64,000 nt of DNA, taken from assembly GCF_009914755.1 (NCBI RefSeq), contig NC_060941.1; one strand, written 5' to 3'. Source of the stretch: the human T2T-CHM13v2.0 reference genome, Homo sapiens. Below, in pieces: positions 39,965 to 57,491 of this stretch. The notes below the pieces were generated by a model that was not told where the DNA came from, ran no database searches, and was given only the letters and a program-made list of their open reading frames with translations. Position 1 is the first letter of the stretch; every line of letters starts with the position of its first letter. The translations under genes and the position numbers were made by a program.

Positions 39965-40169
39965 TCAAGAATAAAAAGAAAGGACAGAAAGCCAATGGAA
40001 AAATGAACAAAGGATTCAAACAGGGATTTCACAAAGAACTTACCTGTAACGTATGTTAAATGCTCAACCTCATTAGTCATCAGAGAAATACAAGTTAAAA
40101 CCTCAGGGAGATATTACTACACACCCACCAGAAAGTTAAATTAAGAACACATTTGTCATGACAATTCTG

Positions 40170-40474
<305 letters not shown>

Positions 40475-41404
40475 TGTCATGACAATTCTAAGTGGTGATG
40501 AGGATGTGCAGCAGCTGGAACTGATGAAAATGCATGAGCACAACCTCTTTGGAAAACTAGCAGAATTCCCTAAAACTGAATGTAGGCATGATGCCCATGA
40601 CCCAGCACTTATAGTCCTGGGGGTGGGAGGAGTGAATATATTTCTATTCATGATTTCTATCTCTGATGACAGAAATTAAGCTAGTGGGTATCTGTGGTTG
40701 AGTAGAAGGATAGTGACTAGGAGCGGGCAGTATGGGATGCTGGTAATGTCCTCTTGACCTAACTGTTGGTTACCCTGGGTGTGTTCACTTGTAGAAATTC
40801 ATTGAGCCAAACACGTACAATGTATGCATTTTTGTGTATATATGTTCTTCTTCAATAAAAACTTGATTTAAATAATGTTCTTTTTCTTAAACTGGGTAGT
40901 AGGTTTATGGTGTTTTATGTGTTGCCTGTGTTTTATACATATTTTATTCCTGTTCAGTGTCCAAAAAATATAAAAAGTAGTCACTGCTTTGTTGTTAATT
41001 TGAGCATCTCCTGCACCTAGCACAGTGCCTGGGACATTATAGATATTTATTAAATATTTGTTCTATGGAAAAGAAGTAGGCTAGTAATTTCTTTTTGCTT
41101 TCCAACAGCCAGTTTTTGATTCAATTATTTGTAAATATGATTTCTACTCAGTTGTTTCTAAATAATAAAATATGTAAATACTATTATGTTTATATTTATT
41201 AGTAAGCTGAATTTATTAAATGAGAAACCTCTCAATATTAAGGACACATCATAAATTATTAGCATGCTGTGTTATAATGACTAAAAGTAGTATCAACAAT
41301 TTAGATAAGTATAGTGTGGCCTTACGGATGTAAGTCCGTAAGATCATGCAGCATTGAAGATGTGCAGTTTACTAGATCTTCTAATATTCTCGGGTGTCTC
41401 ACTG

Positions 41405-41981
<577 letters not shown>

Positions 41982-42344
41982 TGAACATCCTGAGTCTTAC
42001 TGGGCTGGCATTCCCTTGTTGGGACAGGGGAGAGGCTCTAGGCCTTGGATCCTTGTTCTGATTCCTTCTCCAAAGAGTTTTCCCTTTTTCTTCCCCTTTC
42101 AAAACAACATAAGTGCAAAAGCTTTGTCAGGATGTTGGGAATTAAAAAAGCTTCAGAAACATTTTGATTCATTTAACAACATTACTCTGAAACTTTTTAG
42201 AGTAAGAGTACCAAGTCACTGAATAAGACGATCTTGAAATTAAACGATATTTTACAGTTTTAAAAACACCTTCACAGATCTTTTCTTATTAGATTCTCAG
42301 CACAACCTTATGAGTTGGCACTGTCAAAATTCAGTTCAACAAAC

Positions 42345-44940
42345 AAAATCCAACTAACAGGAAAACTCACAGCTAACATCATACTTAATGGTTGAAGACT
42401 GAAAGCTTTCCCCCTTAAGATCAGAACAAGACAAGGATGCTCTTGCCACTCCTATTCAACACTCTATTGGTGGTTCTAGGTGGGGCAGTTAAGCAGGAAA
42501 AAGAAAATACATTTATATCAGAAAGAAATAAAACTATATTTACCGATGACATGATCTTACATGTAGAAAAATCCTACAGAATTTACCAAAAAAAATTGGA
42601 ACTAATAAATGAGTTCAGCAAAGTTGCAGGATACAAGATTATTATCTAAAAATCAGTTGCATTCCTATATGCTAGCTATGGATAATCTGAAAATGAAATA
42701 GAAAAAATTCCATTTATAATAACATCAGAAAGAATAAAATACTTATGAATAAAGTTAACCAAAGAAGTACACTAAAAAGTACACTAAAAAACAGAAAACA
42801 TGTTGAAGGAAATTAGAGATCTAAATAAATTGAAAGACGTCCTGTGTTCATGGCTTGGAAGACTTAATATTGTTAAGATGACAGTGCTACCCAGATTTAT
42901 CTACAGGTTTAATGCAATCACTATCACAGCTCAACTGCCTTTTTCCCGGAAATGGACAACCTGATCTTATAATTCATATGGAATTGCAGAGCCATATTTG
43001 CCACAACAGTCTTGAAAAAAAGAGAACAAAATTGTAGGACTCATACTTCCTGATTTCAAAACTTATTACAAAACTACAGTAATCCAGATGGCATGTCACT
43101 GGCATGAGGAGAGTCTTGTAAACCAATGGAATGCAATTTAGAGTCCAGAAATAAACCCATACATTTATGGTCAGTTGATTTTGACCAGGGCGCCAAGATC
43201 ATTAACTGGGGAAAGAATAATCTTTTCAACAAATGTTGCTGGGGCAACTGGATATCTACATGTAAAAAAATAAATTTGGATCCCTGCCTCACATCACATA
43301 TGAAAATTAACTCAGAATGGATCAAAGACCTAAACCTGTTAAGTTCTTCGAAGGAAACATAGGTGAAAATCTGTATGACCTTGGATTAAATGGTGATTTT
43401 TAAAGATATAACACAAAAACACAAGCAGTGAAAGAAAAAGGTAGATAAACTGGACTTTGTTAAAGTTAAAAACTTTCATGCATCAAAGGACACTGTAGAA
43501 TGAAGACAACTCACAGAATGGGGGAAAATATTTGCAAATTATATCTCTGATAAGTATATATATTTTATATATATGTTGTTTATATCCAGAATATGCAAAG
43601 AACCCTTTCAACTCAACAAAGATAAGACAATGGAATTTAAAAATGGGCAAAGCATTTGAATAGAATAGACATTTCTCCAAAGAAGATGTACAAATGACCT
43701 ATAAGCACATGACAAGATCTTCAACATCATAGTCCATAGGGAATTACAAATCAAAACCACAATGAGAGATAACACTTTACACCCTCTAGGATGGTCATAC
43801 TTTTTTTTTTTTTTTTTTTAAAGACAGTAACAAGTTTTGATAAGGAAGTAGAGAAATTGGAGCCCTCATTGCTGATGGGAATGTAAAATGATGCAGCTAC
43901 TGCACAAAAGTTTTGCAGTTCCTTAAAAAACTAAACATAGAATAACTCAGCAATTCTACTCCTGGGTATAGACCCAAGATAATTGAAAACATATGTTCAT
44001 ACATTAACTTGTACATACATTAACATGTGGCATTATTCATAGTTGCCAAAAAGTGGAAGCAACCCAAATGTCCATCAGCTGATGAAATGATAAATACAAT
44101 GTGGTATATCCATACAATGAAATCTTATCCAGCTGTAAAAAGGAATGAAGAAGCCAGGTGCAGTAGCTCACAACTGTAATCCCATTGCTTTAGGAGGCCA
44201 CGATGGGAGGATTGCTTAAGGCCAGGAGTTCAAGATTGGCCTGGGCAACATAGACCCAGTCTCTACAAAATAAATAAATAAAAAGAATGAAATACTATTA
44301 CGTGCCACAACATGAACCTTGGAAACATTATGCTAGGTGAAAATCCAGTCACCAAGATGACGAATTGTATGATTCTGCTTACGTGAAATGTCCACAATAA
44401 GCAAATTCATAGAGACAGAAAGTAGATTAGTGGTTGAGAAGGAGTGAGAGAAGGGATGAATTGAGATTAACGGCTAGTAGGGACAGAGTTTCTTTTTGGG
44501 GTGATGGGACTGTTCTGGAATTAGATAGTGATTATGGTTGTACAACATAGTAAATATACTAAAAACCACTCAAAGGCTGGGTGCAGTGGCTCATGCCTAT
44601 AACCCCAACACTTTGGGAGACTGAGGCGGGAAGATTGCTTGAGGCCAAGAGGTCAAGACCAGCCTGGGCAACACAGCAAGACCTTGTTTCTACAAAAAAA
44701 AAAAAAAAATTGTTTTAATTACCTGGGTATGGTGGTGTGTGCCTGTAGTCCCAGCTACTTTGGAGGCTGAGGTGGGAAGATCACTTGAGCCTGTGAATTT
44801 GAGGTTACAGTGAGCTGTGATTGTGCCACTGTGATCCAGCCTGAGTGATAGAGCATGACCCTGTCTCTCAAAACAAAACCCTCCAAAAAACAAAAACCAC
44901 CCAAGTATACATTTTAAATGATTAATTTTATGTGAAATAT
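42345..44940 (+). mobile_element. L1MB-type 3' portion (RT to 3' UTR) with nested FLAM (~44152-44285) and Alu (~44576-44880)
   Basis: ORFs 42437-42649 (LLFN...DDMILHVE...ELINEFSKVAGYKI) and 43126-43362 (LFNKCCWGNWISTCKK) are L1 ORF2 remnants. Confidence 0.9.
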
Positions 44941-44944
44941 ATCA

Positions 44945-45244
44945 GCTGGGCGTGGTGGTTCACACCTGTAATCCCAGCATTTTGGGAGGCAGAGGTGGGC
45001 GGATCACGAGGTCAGGAGATGGAGACCATCCTGGCTAACATGGTGAAACCCCGTCTCTACTAAAAATACAAAAAATTAGCCAGGCATGGTGGCACATGCC
45101 TGTAGTCCCAACTACTCAGGAGGCTGAGGCAGGAGAATTGCTTGAACCCGGGAGGCAGAGGTTAAAGCAAGCCGAGATCATGCCACTGCACTCCAGCCTG
45201 GGTGACAGAACGAGACTCTGTCTTTAAAAAAAAAAAAAAAAAAA
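44945..45244 (+). mobile_element. Alu (Sc/Y-like)
   Basis: Alu body and A tail. Confidence 0.9.
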
Positions 45245-45349
45245 TCTCAAAAACGGCAATGAGAACTCAATTAATATTTATCATACTGTATATTCCCTGA
45301 GTGGTGCAGGAGAATCAGAGCTTAGAATCTTGTGAGGAAGGCATGGTAC

Positions 45350-46200
45350 TTAAATAAGTCTAGTGTAAGGCAGCTTGTAATAAGTAGTACTAAGACTGCT
45401 GAAGAAGCACAAATAAAGGAGATATTCTATCTTACTAGGAACCAGGGAGTTTCACAAACTTGGCTTTGCAAGGTGGGAAAGATTTTCACAGGTGGAAGGG
45501 GTTTGAAATAGGGAATTCAGTCAAAAGGAATAGTGTGAGTGAAGGAATGGAGTTTGGAATGTGGGGTACATGGGGTTGGGGTGGGGTATTGAGGTAGATG
45601 ACGCAGAAAAATAAGTTAAAGATAGATCTTGCATAGGTGGCTGTGAGTAGCATGCTAAGGAGTTTGGGCTTTATTACTTATGAATCATATTTTTGGTTTC
45701 AGGTCATGTCTGGTGGCAGAGGGAAGGCTGAATTGGAGGAGAACAAAAGCTAGAACCAGGGACAACAATTATTACCATTGTAGTTTTTTAGGAGAGGTGA
45801 TATGGCTGAACTAGGTTATGGTTGTGAGGCTGGAAGGGAGGCACATCCACGTGACAGTGCAGTAGACTTAGTAGACTCTTGATTGTTTATGTGTGCATTC
45901 CAGGGATAGGCAGTGAAGGGAAGAATGACCCTGAAATCTTGAATTTAATGACTTGAAAGGATAATGATGGTATTAACAGATGAGGAACATAGCAAGACAA
46001 ACAAATGAAAAAGTGAATACTGAGGAGAAGGAGGTACCACTGAATTTGGCATTTAGTCATTGGTGATTTTGAAGACAGCAGTTACAGTAAAGTGGCTGCT
46101 GGAAAGGATTTCAAAGAATGGTTGAAGAAGATAGCCATAGGATGAGAACATGGAAGGCAAGGAAGGGAGACTTGAGAGATTTGGTAATAAAGAGAAGAGA
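45350..46200 (-). mobile_element. L2 fragments
   Basis: catgctaaggagtttgggcttt...ccactgaatttggcatttagtcattggtgattttg. Confidence 0.6.
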
Positions 46201-46366
46201 GAAAAGGGTGCTAGTTTGAAATGAGTTAAAAGAACTACAGAGTAGAATTAAAATAAAGTAGAATTATGGGATTTTTGCTTTTTAAGTGACCCATGAGAGG
46301 CTTACTGGCAGTGTGCCAAGATTCAAGAGAGCAAAGATTGGCAGGGTGGGATTAAGTGATGGGATA

Positions 46367-46680
<314 letters not shown>

Positions 46681-47026
46681 CGACGGTAGGGAGCCTTCTG
46701 CCTCTTTAAACATTTGAGATGCATGTCCTGAGATGCTTCTGTGAAGTTAAGAATATTAATTTTTTGATACGAATCTGACAAAACTAGACATCAAAATATG
46801 CCATATATGGTAATTAAAACAATGTGGTATTAGTATAGAAAGCAGACAAATAGTTAAGGAAGTAGAACAACCAACCCAGAAATAGAACCAGATACACCTG
46901 AAAACTTCATATATGAGGTTTAAAATCAGTGTGGAAAGCTGGAAATCACCCATAGTTTCGTTATCCAGTCAGTTGTTTTTCACATTTTGGTGTGTTTCCA
47001 TTTAGTTGGTTTGCCATACTTTTTTA

Positions 47027-47380
<354 letters not shown>

Positions 47381-47601
47381 TTATGAGGATTTTGATCCTT
47401 ATATGATATGATATATATAATCAAGTGCGGGTACGTTGTAGTTTACAGAACCATTACTTTGAAACAAGACCTTTAGGTTACTCCTAATTCATCACTGTTA
47501 AAATAATGCTGTAGGGAAAAAATTACACATAAAAGTTTTCTATATTTAAAATGATTTTTGTGAGACAAAGTTTATTTATTGTAAAAACAGTTCCAGCAGT
47601 T

Positions 47602-47652
47602 CAGAATTGTAAAGAGTTTTACAGAATTGTAAAGAGTTCAGAATTGTAAAGA
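47602..47652. repeat. Three near-tandem copies of CAGAATTGTAAAGA
   Basis: Direct reading. Confidence 0.85.
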
Positions 47653-47691
47653 CATTTTCTTGTCTTTCTCCTTGGTGGTAACCACTGTTAA

Positions 47692-48043
<352 letters not shown>

Positions 48044-48631
48044 TAGTAGTCAATTGTATGGCTCTCCTATAATTTCTTCATTCATTCATCTTTTGGTAGA
48101 CATTCATGTTGTTTCCATTTTTAGGCTATTATGAGTACAGCTGTTGTGATCATTTGTGTGCGAGTCTTTGTGTGGATATATTTTCATTTCTTTTGACTAA
48201 AAACCTAGGGGTGCACTTGTTGGGTCACATTAACTTTGTAGAAACTGCATTGCATCTTTGCCGATATTGAAAGTTGTCAGCCTTTTATATTTTTCTGTGC
48301 ATGCTTTTCCCCCCAAAAGACCAAAATGGGAATTGTTTTTCTTTTCATTATAAACTTGTAAAGGAATTTTAAAGTTCTAAGGGATGCCAGGCAGGAGGTT
48401 CATCTATGTGAACAGTTATTAGTTTGAGATAGATAATGTCAAGGATATCCCTAAAGGCTTTTCAAGAGATAACTATAGGACATATAAGTTTAACTTATTT
48501 CTACCCCATCACTTCTAGTCACATGTGACTTCAGAATTTTAACAGAAATTATTATTATAGGAATATGTAGCACAGAGGGATTCCATAGGCCTGAAGATTA
48601 GTACTGATGGCCTTTCTTGCATTATTCTAGG

Positions 48632-48780
48632 CTAGTGCTATCCGATGAAACTTTCTGCAGTGATAACCACTAGCCACAGGTGGCTTTTGAAACGTAGGGC
48701 TAGTTCAACTGAAGAATTGAATTTAACTTTAAATTAATTTGAATAGTGAAATATGTCTAGTGATTACCGAACAGTGTAGT
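48632..48780 (+). mobile_element. MER3-like MITE fragment
   Basis: gtgctatccgatgaaactttctgcagtgat...ccactagccacaggtggct...actgaagaattgaattt. Confidence 0.65.
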
Positions 48781-49602
48781 TCTGAAATGTTATTTTTCAG
48801 GAAAGATCCTCTAGCAAGAAGTAGTTGAGTGAGACCTGTTAGCTGAGCTGGCCCTGGGGCAGGTTTGTGTTTTCAGTCCTTCCCTTTCCTGTGGGAGAAA
48901 TGAAACCAAAGCCTAGAGCACCACAGAAGAAGAACCAGTGGATTCATAAGGGTGACAGTTCAGGTAGGGGAAGCTGTTTGGTAATGAGCTCTTTTGGTCA
49001 GATGCCACACTATTTTTCTTTCTGTTTATTTTGCCCTATTAAATTATTTAGTAAATAGTAAAGCGTACTTTAATCCAGTTTTTAAAGTGGACGTTTGGAT
49101 GAAAGTATGTGATTTAAATTCCAAAACTGTGCAGTGTTGTCCAGAAGAGTCCTGATTAAATCACCCCAGTTTCTTTGATGAAGATAAGCAAATAATTTTA
49201 TTTTTTGCTGTAATCCCAGCTACTCGGAAGGCTGAGGCAGGAGAATCGCTTGTACCAGTCCGGAGGCTGCTGCCCTCTCACAGGGCTTCCTCCTCTTGCA
49301 CAGACGCACCAGTGCCTTCAGCCCCACTGGTCTCCCTCTTCTCCTTTCCTGGCCCCTGCTGGCCCAGTAGATGGGCCACTGGAGGCCACTAGATGGGGAC
49401 TGGGGAATGTGATGTTGGCGATCTGCGGTATCTTCAGGGTGACAGCCATACCCAACGCGTGGGACCTGGCTTCCACATCTATAGACCTGACCTAAGGAAA
49501 TATGTGGGCGTGTGCATAAGGATGCCATCTCAGAACTGCATATTAATAAAAAGCTGAATCAAACAGTGTCCAACAAGGGTGGCTGTTCCAGCTGGTCATC
49601 TA

Positions 49603-49837
49603 CAATCTCAGCTCACTGCAACCTCCGCCTCCTGGGTTCAAGCAATTCTGCCTTAGCCTCCCGAGTAGCTGGGACTACAGGCACACACCGCCACACCCGG
49701 CTAATTTTTTGTATTTTAGTAGAGATGGGGTTTCACCATGTTGCCCATGCTGGTCTTGAACTCCTGAGCTCAGGCAGTCCTCCCACCTTGGCCTCCCAAA
49801 GTGCTGAGATTATAGGCGTGAGCCACCGCACCTAGCC
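49603..49837 (-). mobile_element. 3'-truncated Alu
   Basis: Antisense Alu lacking its last ~50 nt and tail. Confidence 0.88.
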
Positions 49838-50354
49838 TGTACTTTCATTTCTTAATAACTGCATGACTGTAGTGGTTGGCTTTCATTATTGTTTCCTAGG
49901 GGCAAGGTCAATGTTAGAAAAATTGTGGAATTTTCCCTTGGCATTGCTGTGGTGAGTAGACAGCTACTATTTATAGAGACTTATACTTCGTTGAAAAAAT
50001 GAGATACCATGCCTGGCTTACCATAAAAACACAGATGTTTCTGGATTCCAGTAGGGAGGCCTTTTGTTCACAGCATCTGTTTTGGTTGGCCAGCCAGATG
50101 ACTTCTGTGGATTTTTTCACTCCTTTTGAAGGACACTTGACAAATAAACAAGTTTATAAATGAAAGAGTTAACAGCATTTTGTAAATTTATTTTATTACT
50201 TTAGCTATATCGTTCTGTATATTTTGAACTATCAGTTCATTTTAGCTCAATTTTATCACTTCCTAAATAACCTTGAGACGATCAGTCCTTTGTTACATGT
50301 TCTTTGGATTGTTTATTCTGCAGTTGAGACAGATTTTTATTGATCTATAAATTT

Positions 50355-50720
50355 TTGTGTTCAACAAACATTTAATGAGTATTCACTGTGTACTAGGCCC
50401 TGTACTAACACTGGGAACTACATATGTGAGCAAGATATAGTCTCAGTCTTTGAGAAGTTTAGTGTCTTATATGCAGTGCAAACATGTAGACAGAATAAAA
50501 TTATAGTTGAGTGCTTCCATTTGAAGTTTATTTCATCAGTTTAGTGGGGAGGGGTAGGTGTCTAGGAATGCCTTCCAGAAAAAGTAGTGTCTAAGTGGAG
50601 AATTGTAGAATGAGTGGGAGTTGTCCAGGGATGGAACAGGGGTTAGTGGCGGAGATTATATAAAAGAAAGAAGCTTGCAGGTGAAAATGACCCTGGGAAA
50701 GTGGGAAACTGAAAAAGTTC
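50355..50720 (-). mobile_element. L2 3' end
   Basis: ttcaacaaacatttaatgagtattcactgtgtactaggccctgtactaacactggg. Confidence 0.7.
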
Positions 50721-51079
50721 AGTACATTTCTGTCATATGGCTGATCAAGCTGTGACTGGGCAAAATGCTGTCAGCATTTGTTGAACACATAAATGCTGTC
50801 TCATTCACAAAGGAGACTTGTGACCTAGACTTTATTCATCTTGTGCTAAATTAGTGATTTCCAAACATTTGATCATGAATCTCATAAGTAAAAAATGTTT
50901 TGATTATGTATCCTCATATATTGATTATATGCCAATATTTGTTTATAGATGATATGTAGTACTAAAAGTTATATACGCAGTAGAACATGTATAGAAAACA
51001 AAAAAAATTAAAAGGATGAGCTAAAGATGGCATGTACAATATTCTCACAGTGTTAATTTTACTGAAAATACGGAAAGTA

Positions 51080-51409
<330 letters not shown>

Positions 51410-51881
51410 TCATTATTTAAAATCTTCGTTTAATATTATGTGATACAGCTGCTCAGAGGGCTGTTTCTAAATTCAGTTTATTTTGATACTTTAATGGCAG
51501 TCAAAGCCTGGATCAAAATGGAAGAATTTGGCTGCACTTTCTAAATCATATTCTTTCTTTCTCCAGACTTATTCACTATTTATGGAAATGCTTTATTGAA
51601 ATGTGGCTGGTAAATATCCATCTATTAGTTTTTCTTGCAGATTAATAAAAATATATTATACTTTTATTGTGTTAATAAATGGGTTCCAAAAATCACTGTT
51701 AAGTCTTCATTTGGAAGATATTTTAAAAAGTTTTAGAATATTCTGTTTCTGACTTTATAAAGCATGAAGATACGAGTTTTTGGTGTCTTTATTTTTTAGA
51801 TTTTGTATATATTGTTTCAACAGCAGAATAACTTAGCAATGGAAATGTTTCCAATTATCCAATTTTGAAATGCTCTATTAG

Positions 51882-52213
<332 letters not shown>

Positions 52214-52496
52214 GATTTTTTTCTCTTTTTCTTTTTTCTGGAAAAGCTGAAAATAATTCTGACATGTTGCTAAACATTTTTATTTTGTAGGGGCAGAGTG
52301 AGTTTTTTTGTTTTTTTAATATCTTCTTGGTAGCATACTACTTATAACCTCCTCAGAAATATTTAGCAAGTTTGGAACTCTAGTCTTTTTATTTTAAAAA
52401 AATTGTGTAACTCATCTACATTTAACAAATCTTTTAAATACATTTCTTGTGGTAACTAGTGAATCTGTGTGGATTTAAAAACAAAAAAAAGATTAT

Positions 52497-52708
52497 GAGG
52501 CCAAGGCAGGTGGATCACTTGAGGCCAGGAGTTTGAGACCAGCCTGGCCAACATGGTGAAACCCCATCTCTACTAAAAATACAAAAATTAGTCAGAAGTG
52601 GTGGTACACAACTGTAGTCCCAGCTACTCTGAGCTGAGAATGCGCCACTGCATTCAATTCTGGGCGACAGAGCAAGACTATCTCTCAAAAAAAAAAAAAA
52701 AAAAAAAT
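52497..52708 (+). mobile_element. 5'-truncated, internally deleted Alu
   Basis: Partial Alu. Confidence 0.85.
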
Positions 52709-52880
52709 TCAGTGGCTACTCTCTATCTCCCAGAGTATAGGAAGATTCTATATTCATACAGTTAACCTCAGTGACATCTGAGGTACCTTGTTCTGACTTA
52801 ATTGCAGCAATAGTTTACCTGTGAATGAAGCCGTTAAAGGCTTTTGTATCAGATGCTATCACTGTAACTTTGTTCTGGAA

Positions 52881-53176
<296 letters not shown>

Positions 53177-53764
53177 AGAATTCTTTTTTAAAATTCCAGT
53201 CAAAGCAGTCATTTCATCAGTGGTTACAGTTTTCCCATAAAGCACCTTGTTTCATTTACAGTTAAGAATACCTCCCTTTTAATACATTGTTCCTTGGTAT
53301 CTTACAAAGTTGTATTTCCTGTATATTTCATAATTACCCAGCAAATACCCTAAGATGAAAGAATCATCTGTATTTTTATCCAATTGTATAGCAAACCCCA
53401 CACACTGTATTTGTCCTGATATCTTCAAGTCTTTAGGGTTTTCTAAGAGCTTTTGACTATACTTACCAATAAAAGAATACATTTAGTTTGTCACCATTTT
53501 TATTTCTGTGTATAATTTCAGCTATGGTCCTTGGCTTTTTTTAGGGAAACCTTAGCAGTTTCGACACTAACTTTCGTACAATTTTGTGAAGTGTCACATT
53601 AAATAGCCTGTGACTTTAGACATAGGTGGAAAAATTATAGACGTTTAACTCTTGCAGTGAACACTTAAAAGCCTGGTGGATTATGAGGACTTTGTTCGTG
53701 CCATCAGATTATATCTTAAGGTAGAGTAGACATGTAGAGTGAGGTTCATCTTTAATAAAAAATG

Positions 53765-54370
<606 letters not shown>

Positions 54371-54625
54371 CAACACATAAATAAGAAATTGTGTAAAGTC
54401 AATATAAATACCAGTACTAATATTTTATTTTTATACCCCAAAGGATTATCGTATAATACAAACACCCTTCAAGTACACATATCCCACTTTGGAGACTAAT
54501 GCCCTAAACAACAGGGATAATGATATTGAAACTGGCCTTTTAGTTAAAATAAAAGCAAAGCCAAAAATAATTCACTTTCCTCTATAAATTTATATTTGGG
54601 AGACACATTTAAGAATAATCGTCCT

Positions 54626-54965
<340 letters not shown>

Positions 54966-55319
54966 TCATAGACTATGACTACCTGTCATAGCTCACTAGG
55001 AAACCCTAGGGAATCATGGAAGGGTTATTGGTTAAATATATTATATAAAGGAACATTTTGCTAGTTGCTATTGACCAAAAAGGCTGTTTTTTTTTTTTAA
55101 ATATAGTCTGTAATTATTTTTGTTGAAAGATATTTGGAAGATGGTTTTTCTCAATCTATAGGAGATACAGTTCGTAGCCACCTGGGATCTCTTATAAAAA
55201 GATACTTTTTCATAGTATACTCTTTATAATATGCATAACATTTCATAATATACTTTTGATAATATACATAAAATTTGATACATAAGTTTACCAAATTTAT
55301 TGAATTTACTTCAGTACAT

Positions 55320-55732
55320 TTTTATTAGTCAAGATTCTTTGGAAGATATGGAAAGCTAATTCAAAAAAGCTTGAGCAAAAAAAATTTGTTGGCTCGTAAC
55401 TAATGTTCAGGACTGGTCTCAAGAACTTGGTTGCCAGATCTGTGTTTCCAGGTTATCTATTAGCTTGTCTGTGTCTCTGTGATAGTTTTACCCTTTTAGA
55501 GTGGAAAATCTTCCTCCTTGTGGTGCTCTGGCTTGCAGAAGAATGCCTTTGGTCTAGCGCCAGCATATATAAAATCCTGTGGGTGGGATAGAGTAGATGT
55601 GGTTGCATGTGTGCTGACTGGCAGTCTCACTAAACCACATGGAATGGGAAAGGAACAGTTTCCCAAAGGAAGGGTTTGCTCTTAATGCAGAGGAAGGGAT
55701 GCTGGGAGTCAAAAATAATAGATGTTCATTAT
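55320..55732. mobile_element. Old MLT1 (J/K-like) LTR
   Basis: ttggctcgtaact...accacatggaatggg...tttcccaaaggaa...ggatgctggg...aataatagatgttcattata. Confidence 0.55.
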
Positions 55733-55830
55733 AGCAATGAGTGATGAAGAGAGGACAGAAAGGCATAAAATATTCTTTAAGGGAATAGAACATGACTTAA
55801 TTTGATTTTCCTAATCATTGATTCTTACAG

Positions 55831-55916
55831 AGCATGCAAGCGGCAAGATGTCCTACAGATGAATTATCTTTAACCAATTGTGCAGTTGTGAATGAAAAGG
55901 ATTTCCAGTCTGGCCA
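55831..55916 (+). CDS. NSF: NSF exon 2 (86 nt): [28 protein letters not shown](Q)
   Basis: attcttacag|AGCATGCAAG...TCTGGCCA|gtgagt. Translation matches the human NSF N-domain. Confidence 0.95.
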
Positions 55917-56204
55917 GTGAGTATCTGACTTTGTTTTCTTTTAACCTGCTAAGTGGCATTCGGGAAACTTCCAGAGAGTCATTTTTAGGAAACGTTGGAA
56001 AATATTTTTAAAAAATTCTTGCTGAGTTGGAAAATGGAGAAGATGAGAAAAAGTTATGTATTTGAATCATTACTGTGTCAAACTTTGATAAATACTGTAT
56101 AATGTTTTAAAAATGTTTTATGTATAAAACTCTAGTTTTCATCAGTTTTCTTAGTAGAGCTAAACATACTGGTTGTATGAATCATATATGGCAGAGTTGT
56201 TAGG

Positions 56205-56412
56205 TGTTTGGTTCTGGCAAACTCAGATTGTTTGAGTTTTCCTGGCTCTACCAATTACAAACTGTGTGACCATTTCTGTACCTCTATGTCCTGATCTGTA
56301 AAATGGAGATGATCTCTTCCTCAAGGTAGCTATGAAGATTGAGTTACATAAATAAAGCACTTAGAACAGTTCCCAACATGTTAACAATCCCTTAGTAAAT
56401 ATTAGCTGTTAT
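56205..56412. mobile_element. MIR
   Basis: ctgtgtgacc...ctgtaaaatggagat...taaagcacttagaacagt. Confidence 0.75.
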
Positions 56413-56459
56413 GATTATTATTACCATGATAATCCAAGAGACATGAACATTGGAAGATG

Positions 56460-56750
56460 GGCTGGGTATGGAGGCTTACGCCTGTAATCCTAGTACTTTG
56501 GGATGCCAAGGCAGGCTGATTGCCTAAGCTCAGGAATTTGGGACCAACCTGGCCAACATGGTGAAACCCCATCTCTACTAAAAATAAAAATTAGCCAGGC
56601 ATGGTGGTGTGCGCCTGTAGTCCCAGTTTCTCAGGAGACTGAGGCATGAGAATCACTTGAACCCAGGAGGCAGAGACTGTAGTGAGCCGAGATCGCGCCA
56701 CTGCACTCCATCCTGGGTGACACAGCGAGACTCTGTCTCAAAAAAAAGTA
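56460..56750 (+). mobile_element. Alu
   Basis: Alu body. Confidence 0.9.
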
Positions 56751-57348
56751 AAGGAAAAAGAAAATTGGAAGCTGCAAAGCAAATGTAGAATCCTTAAAGG
56801 CATTTTGCACTGTAATTTATTTTAACTGATTCATATCACCGCACTGCCAGGACTTCTAAAGACCCTGCTGCAAGTTCAGTGCCATCCATATGCTTCTGAG
56901 ATTGGTACAGATAAGGAGATGAAGGGGCTGTAGGGAAATAAGAGGCAAGGTGGTAGGGTTTTAACTGAGCATTTTTCTTAAAATGTTATCTGTGAAATAC
57001 CTGAGTTTCACAGAGTTAGAAATGCTAATCATCTTTGGTTTCCAGCTTCAGAGTAAGAGGCTGTACTATATGGTGATATTAACATTGTTTCCAGTGCTAA
57101 ACATTCTGTGATGCTAAATTGAGCACAGGATTTTCAACAGATAAACTGAAGTATAGATAATCAACGTGAGAATTTGTGGAATTCTTTTACATATGTTAAA
57201 TGTTCACTGTACTCATGGTGGGGTTACTCAAAATGTAGTTGATATAAGGAACATGTGTTCTAGTGGCAAAAAAAATACGTATAGAAACATTAGCCATTGA
57301 TGTGAAAAATTACAGCATTCTGAAAAGATAATGTTTAAAAAGATAGTG

Positions 57349-57491
57349 AGCTAGGCATGTTAGGGCATGCCTGTAGTCCCAACTACTTTAGAGACTGAAG
57401 CAGGAGAATCTCTTGAGCCCAGGAGTTTGAGGCCAGCCTGGTCAACATAGCAAGACCACATGTATTAAAAAAAAAAAAAAAAAAAAAAAAA
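57349..57491 (+). mobile_element. FLAM-type monomer with A tail
   Basis: Single monomer; TSD aaaaagata. Confidence 0.8.

Noticed and set aside
42437-43362. RT-like ORFs (DDMIL, ELINEFSKVAGYKI)
   Set aside because: Dead L1MB-type ORF2 remnants.
47602-47652. Three repeats with short spacers, superficially CRISPR-like
   Set aside because: Spacers are only 3-6 nt and the context is a eukaryotic intron; this is slippage duplication. The same applies to short duplications at ~471, ~19975 and ~42766.
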